Origin: Planctomycetota bacterium
GTDB taxonomy: Bacteria > Planctomycetota > B15-G4
Reading direction: 5' to 3'
DNA: 64,000 bases
NCBI GenBank assembly: GCA_020638905.1
Contig: JACKHP010000001.1
Location: forward strand, 282,792 to 346,791
Shown: piece after piece, positions 28,656 through 35,626 of the stretch
How the letters are laid out: the number at the start of each line of letters is the position of its first letter
Position numbering within the stretch: position 1 is the first letter of the stretch
Position numbers and translations under genes: made by a program
Notes under the pieces: generated by a model
The model's input: only the letters and a program-made list of their open reading frames with translations
Databases searched by the model: none
What the model was told of the DNA's origin: nothing

Positions 28656-29840
28656 ATGGGACGGCCATCCCTCGAGGTGGCCGACGTGATCGTCGCGCAC
28701 GCGGCCGGGCTGCTCGCGCGAGGCGGTGTCACGTCGGCGCGACGGCGCGTGCTCGTCGATCTCGCAGCGTGCCGCACGTCGGCGCTGGGCGGGCACGCCG
28801 ATGAGTGCCAGTCCTGCGGCCACGCGCGCGTGTCGTACAACTCATGTCGCAACCGGCACTGCCCGAAGTGCCAGGGGAGCCGGCGCGCGGCGTGGGTGGA
28901 GGCGCAGGAGGCGCGGCTCCTGCCCGTGCCGTACTTCCACGTCGTCTTCACGCTGCCGGCACAGATTGCCGAAATTGCGCTCCAGAACAAGCGCGAACTC
29001 TACGGTCTCCTGTTCCGCGCGTCGGCCGAGACGCTCCAGCAGGTGGCTCGCGATCCGAGGCACCTCGGCGGCGAGATCGGCTTCGTCTCGCTGCTGCACA
29101 CGTGGAGCCAGACGCTGCAGCACCATCCCCACGTGCATGTCATCGTGGCGGGCGGCGGCTTGTCGGCGGACGGCGCGCGCTGGGTCGCCTGTCGGCCAGG
29201 CTTCTTCCTGCCGGTGCGCGTGCTCGGTCGCGTCTTCCGCGGCAAGTTCCTGGCGGGACTGGAAGCGCTCCGTCGGCAAGGCCGACTGCGCTGGCAAGGC
29301 CGCCTCGAAGACCTGCGCGACGACCGAGCTTGGCGACAACGCCAGCGCGAGGCTCGACGACTCGAGTGGGTCGTGTACGCCAAGAGTCCCTTTGGCGGTG
29401 TCGACTGCGCTCTGCGTTACCTGGCGCGATACACACATCGCGTCGCGATCTCGAACGAGCGACTGCTCTCACTGCACGACGGCGTCGTCGCCTTCCGGTA
29501 TCGCGACTCGGCGCACGGCAACCGCGCGCGCACGATGCGACTCGATGCACAGGAATTCCTGCGCCGCTTCCTGCTGCACGTCCTGCCGAAGGGCTTCCCC
29601 AAGCTGCGCTCGTACGGCTTCCTCGCCAATCGGTCATGCAAACTCGACCGCTGCCGCGAACTGCTCGGCGTCGAAGCGGATCCCGGCGTCCGAGCCGACG
29701 AGTCGTCGGCTGCAGACGAAGTCGAGCGCCGCTGCCCGACCTGTGGAGGCCGCGAGATCGTCCGCAAGGACCTCCCGAAGCGATCCGAGGCGACCGAACA
29801 CCTTCGTGTCGCTCAGGCCAAGAGACTCGACACCTCATGA
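28656..29840 (+). CDS. IS91-family transposase (zinc-binding N-terminus, HUH, Y2)
   Basis: CxxC...CxxC zinc-ribbon motifs (CQSCGH, CRNRHCPKC), HUH-like HHPHVHVIV, and a paired-tyrosine segment RYLARYTHR. Confidence 0.85.
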   Translation: MGRPSLEVADVIVAHAAGLLARGGVTSARRRVLVDLAACRTSALGGHADECQSCGHARVSYNSCRNRHCPKCQGSRRAAWVEAQEARLLPVPYFHVVFTLPAQIAEIALQNKRELYGLLFRASAETLQQVARDPRHLGGEIGFVSLLHTWSQTLQHHPHVHVIVAGGGLSADGARWVACRPGFFLPVRVLGRVFRGKFLAGLEALRRQGRLRWQGRLEDLRDDRAWRQRQREARRLEWVVYAKSPFGGVDCALRYLARYTHRVAISNERLLSLHDGVVAFRYRDSAHGNRARTMRLDAQEFLRRFLLHVLPKGFPKLRSYGFLANRSCKLDRCRELLGVEADPGVRADESSAADEVERRCPTCGGREIVRKDLPKRSEATEHLRVAQAKRLDTS

Positions 29841-30108
29841 TCACCAAGGCCCGCGTCGACACCTCGGTCAGCCCGCGTCCAGCGTCTTTGCGTATGGACC
29901 TCGGAAGGAGTCCGCCCCGACGATTTTCGGTCGGGTCGCAGGATCGAGTCCAGGCATACGATCCGCGCGACGCGGCGTCGGCGGCCGGCGCCAGAACACG
30001 ATCTCCTGGCCCGGACGCACCGGAACGGCGCGGCCTCCTCGAGTCCGGCCCTCGCTGCTGGGGCGCCCGCCCGATACGATGCCCATAGCCGGCCGCGAGC
30101 CGACATTC

Positions 30109-30206
30109 GTTCAACACGCGCTTTCCCGAATGGCCTCGAGCTCGAGACGTCCGGCAACTCGGGGTCGTCGTGCGAGGCCACTCGGGAAAGCGCGCTACCG
30201 TTAGGC
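30109..30206 (+). other. attC-like recombination site (98 bp)
   Basis: GTTCAAC at 30109-30115 and GTTAGGC at 30200-30206. The arms 30118-30138 and 30173-30193 are complementary at 20 of 21 positions. The next ORF starts 8 nt after the core site. Confidence 0.7.
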
Positions 30207-30213
30207 GAGTTCG

Positions 30214-31032
30214 ATGACATCACTCGTTGCCTACTGCGATGAGAGTGGTCAGCGTGACTACGGCACTGGCACGGATCGCCACTTCGTTGTCGCCGGCGTG
30301 GTTGCCAACGCTACGGAGGCCTCGCAGCTTGAAGACGAGTTACGAGGCTTGAAGCGTGCCTTCTGGGGTAACCCAGACATCGAGCTCAAGTCAAACTGGG
30401 TGCGCATCCCGTCGGCCCGGAGGAAGAACTACACCGACAAGCACGGAATCCAGCAGAAGCAAATCGAGTCGCTGCTTGCCGCCGTCTATCCCTGGCTCGA
30501 GAACGCGCCGATTCGACTCCTCGCCGCCGTTGTTGACAAACAGCAAATGGAAGCCAGATACAAGGAGCCGCACTACTCTGGCACTGTGGCATACACCGTC
30601 TTTCTGCAGCGCCTGCAGAAGTACGCTGCGAAGGTGAACGCTACGGCGAACGTCGTCTTCGACGACCCCGCAGGCAAATCGCCTGGCGGGTTTGACTGGC
30701 GAGACCTTCTGCTGAGGCTTCATGCGAAACTCCTCAAGCACGGGTGTCCATACACGAGGACCACGTTCGATCGCATTGGTACGCTTACATTCACAGACTC
30801 CACGGCTAGTCCATTCGTGCAGATCGCTGATCAGGTGTCGTACAACGTCTTCCGCCAGTTCCGGGACCACGGCGACGCGTGGGAGGACGACTCGCTCAAG
30901 AACCTACCGATGTACAAATACTTCCAGCTCATGATCGACATGTTCGATCAGGGCCCTAGCCGACAGTTCGCCGGGTTTGGAGTAACGAAATGGCCGATCG
31001 ACAAGAAGGTGCAATGGGTCGTCACAGGCTGA
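30214..31032 (+). CDS. DUF3800-family protein (cassette-borne)
   Basis: 272 aa. The N-terminal VAYCDESGQ motif and overall pattern match my recollection of DUF3800. A/T-richer codon usage than the host genes. Confidence 0.7.
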   Translation: MTSLVAYCDESGQRDYGTGTDRHFVVAGVVANATEASQLEDELRGLKRAFWGNPDIELKSNWVRIPSARRKNYTDKHGIQQKQIESLLAAVYPWLENAPIRLLAAVVDKQQMEARYKEPHYSGTVAYTVFLQRLQKYAAKVNATANVVFDDPAGKSPGGFDWRDLLLRLHAKLLKHGCPYTRTTFDRIGTLTFTDSTASPFVQIADQVSYNVFRQFRDHGDAWEDDSLKNLPMYKYFQLMIDMFDQGPSRQFAGFGVTKWPIDKKVQWVVTG

Positions 31033-31035
31033 ATC

Positions 31036-31102
31036 GCCTAACACGGCCTTGCATCGGACGGTCCACTTCGCGGCCCGCCGGTGAACGCCAGACCCGTTAG
31101 GG
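31036..31102 (+). other. attC-like recombination site (67 bp)
   Basis: GCCTAAC at 31036-31042 and GTTAGGG at 31096-31102 pair over 6 bp. The inner imperfect stem has unpaired bases on the 5' arm. It begins 4 nt after the upstream stop and ends 8 nt before the next ATG. Confidence 0.55.
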
Positions 31103-31109
31103 TAATGAA

Positions 31110-31373
31110 ATGACCAATCAGGACGTACAACCTGCAAGTCTACGTTTCGACGAATCAGAAAGCTTCGCGGATAATTGTGAATCGTTCCTCGTGCGCCTCG
31201 AAGAAGTAGACGCAGAGATGGCCACCATTCTGCGCGGCAATTGGGATGCACTGGTCGCGATCGTCCGCGAGGGAGAAAGAGATTCGAAGGCGCGCGGCGA
31301 ACTCAATGCCAAGGTCGCTTCGGCGCTGGACGCTCTTGTTGCCAAGCCGGCTGAGCCTAAAGGCGGTGCATGA
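31110..31373 (+). CDS. Small acidic protein (hypothetical), translationally coupled to the downstream ATPase
   Basis: 87-aa ORF rich in Asp/Glu. Its stop overlaps the next start (ATGA at 31370-31373). Confidence 0.55.
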   Translation: MTNQDVQPASLRFDESESFADNCESFLVRLEEVDAEMATILRGNWDALVAIVREGERDSKARGELNAKVASALDALVAKPAEPKGGA

Positions 31374-33871
31374 TGCCGCGATACTACCTCACACGACTCG
31401 CCGTTGAGGGGTTCCGCGGCGTCAATAACGAGAACGATCCCCTCGATATCCGCTTCCGACCGGATGCCGTCAACTCCGTGTTTGCCGTCAATGGCATCGG
31501 AAAAAGTTCCATATTCGAAGCGCTGTGCTACGCAATCCACGGGGCCATCCCAAAGCTCCAGTTACTTCAGGCGCAGGAACATCCACAGGACTACTATTGC
31601 AACCGGTTCCACTCAAAGAACACCGCCTCCATTCTCATGGAGTTCCAGCCGGATGACGGCGCCGCCCCCGTTGCCGTCCAGGTTGAGCGCGACGAGGTCG
31701 GCAACCGAACGGTAACCAGCCCGAGCGGACACGCCGATCCCGAAGGGTTCCTCGCGACGCTCAAGGAGGCGTTCGCGCTTCTCGATTACAGGACGTTCGC
31801 CCGGTTCATCGAGGAATCCCCCTTGGAACGAGGGCGTACGTTTTCAGCTCTGCTGGGCCTCGCGGAATACTCCGATTGCCGCCAGGCGCTACAGGCAGCC
31901 TCGGATTCCCGGGCCCTCAATACGGACCTTGAGATCAAGGTTCTGGCCACGGAGATTGGCGCTGCGCGAAAAGCGGCGCAGCAGGCACTTGTCACCCTCA
32001 GGTCGAGCTACGAGAACGTCACGGGCAAGCCTATGGAAGACATTGGCACGCTTGATGAATGTGCCGCCGAAGTCTCCACCGCTTTGGGCAACGTGGAACT
32101 CCTGAAGCCCCATTTCACCGGCAAGACCTTGAACGAAATCGACTTCCATAAGATGAAGACGGCGATCAAGACGGCCGAAGGGGGAGAGAAGCGCCGCGAG
32201 CTGGAGAAGACCATCGACTCCATCGCGGCCCTTGAAGCGCTCGCCGTGCACGATTTTCGCGCCATAGCGGCCGATCAACGGAACATCGGTGAGCTGATCG
32301 ACGAGCGCGATAAATTGCTTGCCTCGACCCGCGGCGACCTTTTCAAGCGCTTGTACGAGTCCGCCAGGGAAGTGATTACGAAGGGCGTCTGGACGGAGGA
32401 CGAGAAGTGTCCCTTGTGCGAAAGTGACCTTTCGTCATCGATAAGCGGACACGTGACTGCGCAATTAGCCCAGTACGCCGGTGCGGCAGACAAGATCACT
32501 GAGATCAGGGATACGTGGCTGGCTTCCGCGTGGAAGAAATGCCTTTCGGCCCATGAAGCGGCGGCGCCGCTGGCCGTGGAGCCGGAAAAGCGGCAATTGT
32601 CAGCACTGGATACGAAATTTACGTCTGGCGACATCTCCAAGGACCAGTTGGCCAGCGCAGTAAAGTGGACTTCAGACCTCACGGGAAAAGTCGCCGGGAC
32701 TCGCAAGGCCGCCCAGGACCGCAAAGAAGCGCTCGAGAAGGAACTGCCCCAGTCACTTGTCCAGCTCACGGAGCAGGTTGAGTATGGGCGGCAGTTCAAA
32801 GACGCGCTGGAGCTCTACCGGGATAACCGGAAGGATGAAGCCGCGCAGCAGGCGCGCCGCGATATCCGTGAGAGATGGAAGACGTTCATTTCAATAGCCA
32901 CGACGGTCTTCGCCGATGCCGAGGCAGCTTTGTCGAAGGCCAGAATCAAGGGCATAGATGCGGAGTACAAGTCGATGTTCCGCGAGATCATGCAGGTCGG
33001 TGACGTGGTCCCCAACCTGCGCCGCGCGGATGACAGGGAAGATCTTCACGTCCAGCTCAGCGACTTTCACGGACAGCACAGGTTGTCCGCGCGGGCACTC
33101 TTGTCGGAAAGCTACCGCAACGCGCTTGCAATTTCCGTTTTCCTCGCAGCTGCCCTCAAACATTCCGGCGCGCCGCGTTTCGTCGTGCTGGATGACGTGA
33201 CATCCAGCTTCGATGCCGGGCACCAGTATTTCCTGATGGAGCTGATACGCACGAAACTTCAGCAGCCGCAGCACGCCAAAGGCCTCCAGTTCATCATCCT
33301 GAGCCACGACGGCTTGCTGGAGAAGTATTTCGACCGGCTGGGTGGCGAGACCGGGTGGCATCACAACAAGCTTCAAGGTTCGTCGCCGATGGGCGCGATC
33401 TTACATCAGGCGCAAGGGGCGGATCGCCTCAAGACGACGATTGCGTCGCTTCTCTCCGCCGGTCAGGTGTCGCAGGCAGAGCCGCTCATTCGTCAGTACC
33501 TGGAGTACAAGCTCCAGCAGATCATTCGCAAGGTCGATATCCCGGTGCCGATCGATTTCGCGATCAAGGACACGTCCCGCATGGTCCGCAATTGTCTCGA
33601 CGCCATCACCTCCGCGATCGAACTGCACAAGAAGGCCGGAACGCTCGTGCTCGATGCGCAGCAGGTTCAGGATACCGACACGTCGCATGTCCCCGCGATT
33701 GTCGGTAACTGGGTCAGCCACTATGAGACAGGTTCGGGCAGCAACCTTTCCGCTCCCGCCCTTGGCGGCGTAATCAGGTCTATCGACGCGCTTGCAGAAT
33801 GCTTCAGGTACGATGACACGTCCGGCGGCTCTACTGTGCGCAGATGGTACAAGTCGCTTTCAAAACGGTAG
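31370..33871 (+). CDS. Rad50/SMC-like ABC ATPase with coiled-coil zinc hook and PrrC/RloC-like C-terminal domain (putative anticodon-nuclease-type defence protein)
   Basis: Walker A AVNGIGKSS (residues 39-47). CPLC at residues 347-350 (nt 32408-32419) sits mid-way through a long helical insert. Signature-like LSESYRNAL, Walker B RFVVLDDV and H-loop ILSHD follow. The C-terminal tail has R708-x3-E712 and NWVSH784. Confidence 0.6.
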   Translation: MMPRYYLTRLAVEGFRGVNNENDPLDIRFRPDAVNSVFAVNGIGKSSIFEALCYAIHGAIPKLQLLQAQEHPQDYYCNRFHSKNTASILMEFQPDDGAAPVAVQVERDEVGNRTVTSPSGHADPEGFLATLKEAFALLDYRTFARFIEESPLERGRTFSALLGLAEYSDCRQALQAASDSRALNTDLEIKVLATEIGAARKAAQQALVTLRSSYENVTGKPMEDIGTLDECAAEVSTALGNVELLKPHFTGKTLNEIDFHKMKTAIKTAEGGEKRRELEKTIDSIAALEALAVHDFRAIAADQRNIGELIDERDKLLASTRGDLFKRLYESAREVITKGVWTEDEKCPLCESDLSSSISGHVTAQLAQYAGAADKITEIRDTWLASAWKKCLSAHEAAAPLAVEPEKRQLSALDTKFTSGDISKDQLASAVKWTSDLTGKVAGTRKAAQDRKEALEKELPQSLVQLTEQVEYGRQFKDALELYRDNRKDEAAQQARRDIRERWKTFISIATTVFADAEAALSKARIKGIDAEYKSMFREIMQVGDVVPNLRRADDREDLHVQLSDFHGQHRLSARALLSESYRNALAISVFLAAALKHSGAPRFVVLDDVTSSFDAGHQYFLMELIRTKLQQPQHAKGLQFIILSHDGLLEKYFDRLGGETGWHHNKLQGSSPMGAILHQAQGADRLKTTIASLLSAGQVSQAEPLIRQYLEYKLQQIIRKVDIPVPIDFAIKDTSRMVRNCLDAITSAIELHKKAGTLVLDAQQVQDTDTSHVPAIVGNWVSHYETGSGSNLSAPALGGVIRSIDALAECFRYDDTSGGSTVRRWYKSLSKR

Positions 33872-33901
33872 CTGTTCCACGCAGATGATGAGGGGACACA
33901 A

Positions 33902-33961
33902 GCCTAACAACAGCATGCAGCGGCCGGCGCTGCGCGCCGCCGCTGATGCTGAGCGTTAGCG
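33902..33961 (+). other. attC-like recombination site (60 bp)
   Basis: GCCTAAC at 33902-33908 and GTTAGCG at 33955-33961. An internal stem of about 18 bp spans 33911-33930 and 33934-33951, with two unpaired bases (G33917, C33925) on the 5' arm and a 3-nt loop. Confidence 0.75.
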
Positions 33962-33980
33962 GGGCAGGGAGGGCGAGACC

Positions 33981-34604
33981 ATGAAGGGCCAGAAGCGTAC
34001 GAGCAATAGGGCCACAGATGGCTGGCACGACCCGGATCCGTTCACGATCGTTGTGGGTACGATCGGCGCGCTAGGTGGTGTTGCGGCTGTTGCTGCAGCG
34101 GCAGGGCAGTTGGGTGAGTCGCGCAGACGGAAGCGGAGTCGCAGGGTATATGACCAATTGAGTGGTCTGCTCACCGACATCGAGATGCTCACTCACGAAC
34201 TTGATGCGACACATCGTAAGCTAGAGGCCATACTTGGTTCAGCAAGGCGGTCGGCAAACGACGTCGCAGATCGACACCACAGGGCGGAGTTCGGCGGATA
34301 CAGTCCTGAGTTTCGATTGCCCGACCTCCGTCGCTTCGAATACCTTACCCGAGACGCTGGGCGGGTTTGCGGTGAGCTTCAACACAAGAGCTGTCGGCTA
34401 ATCCGCAAGCTCACCCAGGCCGAAGTCGGTTTTGGCGAGGGGCCTTATCGCTTGCTCACACAATTGAGGCGCGAGCTCAACGCTCTCCTTGAACATCGCG
34501 AGTCATACGACGAGGCGGTGTCTCGATTGTATCGTGCCATCGAGCTGGGCCGGCGAGCGATCAGAGCAATTAAGGATGATCTGTTTGGGGCCGATCTTCG
34601 ATGA
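33981..34604 (+). CDS. Hypothetical single-pass membrane protein with helical cytoplasmic domain (cassette-borne)
   Basis: 207-aa ORF with a basic N-terminus, a TM helix (FTIVVGTIGALGGVAAVAAAAG), an RRRKRSRR tract, then predicted helices. No family recognised. Confidence 0.5.
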   Translation: MKGQKRTSNRATDGWHDPDPFTIVVGTIGALGGVAAVAAAAGQLGESRRRKRSRRVYDQLSGLLTDIEMLTHELDATHRKLEAILGSARRSANDVADRHHRAEFGGYSPEFRLPDLRRFEYLTRDAGRVCGELQHKSCRLIRKLTQAEVGFGEGPYRLLTQLRRELNALLEHRESYDEAVSRLYRAIELGRRAIRAIKDDLFGADLR

Positions 34605-34956
34605 TGCTCAGATGCAAGATCGAAGGGCCCGCTAGCACGTGTAAGGCACCGCGTTGTCAAGGGCGGATCTCCTCTGGCCACGACTGAGTGACGTGGATGA
34701 TGTCGAGAGTACGTGAGTGTCCAGCCGTGCCTGTCTCGGGTTGCCTTGTCGGTGCGGAGCGTCGCCCTGCACCAAAAACGTGTCGAGGATCGACCACCAG
34801 GCCTCGTTGGAGTGCGGCCGGTGGCGCTGTCGCAATCGACAAGCCATCCGTTGCAGGGTGGACTACGGGCTGCGAGCGCCCCGGCAGCTGATCGAGAACC
34901 GGATGACGCCCGACCGTCACGTGAGTAGACTCACCGCTCCTCCGGAGCGCCCCGCG

Positions 34957-35610
34957 ATGGACGCCGACCCGCACCCTCTCGCCACCCCTCGCTCCACCGA
35001 CCCCGCGCCCGCGCACGCCGGCCCCTTCGCGACCCTCGAACTTCCCGCGCCGTCGGCCCCGCTGCCGGCACACTTCATGAAGCGCTGGGGGTCCCTCTCG
35101 CTCGCGATGCAGGGGGACGAGTTCGATCGCTTCGTCCCCACGCTGCAGCGCCGGGCGGACGAGATCGACGCGGGGCTCGTGCGCGCGCTGCTGGGCGAGG
35201 TCAACTGGCGGCCGCGGCTCGTCGGGGCGTACCTGGCGGCGGTGAAGGGGCTGTGCGAGGTCGACGAGCTCGTCGCGCGGCTGCTGCTGCGCAGCGACCT
35301 GTGCTTCGCGGGGAAGGGCTACTGCCTCGCGCTGGCGTGCTTCGACACCGAGGTCGCGCGAAAAGCGCTCGACGACTACCTCGGCCACTACCTGTCCCGG
35401 CCCGACCTGCACTTCGACCAGGGCGACGCGATGGCCGCGCTCGGCCACCTCGACGCGCGGCACGGGACGCACGCGCGCGACGCGCACCTGCCGGCGTGGG
35501 AGGCGTTCGTGGCCGACAAGCCGCGCTGGCGGCTGCGGCGCTTCGACGAGCAGCTCGCGGCGCGCCTGGCCGCGGTCGAGCGCGCCCGCGGCGCGACGTC
35601 CGAGGTCTGA
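34957..35610 (+). CDS. Hypothetical protein
   Basis: Internal start MDADPHPL in ORF 34717..35610. Host-like high GC. No motif recognised. Confidence 0.45.
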   Translation: MDADPHPLATPRSTDPAPAHAGPFATLELPAPSAPLPAHFMKRWGSLSLAMQGDEFDRFVPTLQRRADEIDAGLVRALLGEVNWRPRLVGAYLAAVKGLCEVDELVARLLLRSDLCFAGKGYCLALACFDTEVARKALDDYLGHYLSRPDLHFDQGDAMAALGHLDARHGTHARDAHLPAWEAFVADKPRWRLRRFDEQLAARLAAVERARGATSEV

Positions 35611-35626
35611 CGACGGCCCTCGCCGA

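Larger units (their letters stand above)
27801..29840 (+). mobile_element. IS91-family element core (tyrosine recombinase gene plus Y2-HUH rolling-circle transposase gene); true ends not determinable by eye
   Basis: Two adjacent same-strand genes typical of one IS91 subgroup. IS91 elements lack terminal inverted repeats and target duplications. GC is lower than in the flanking operon. Confidence 0.7.

Noticed and set aside
34605-34956. Search for an attC closing the third cassette
   Set aside because: Only short hairpins were found (CTTCGAT/ATCGAAG and GTCGA/TCGAC). There is no AAC...GTT-bounded imperfect palindrome of 55-130 bp.
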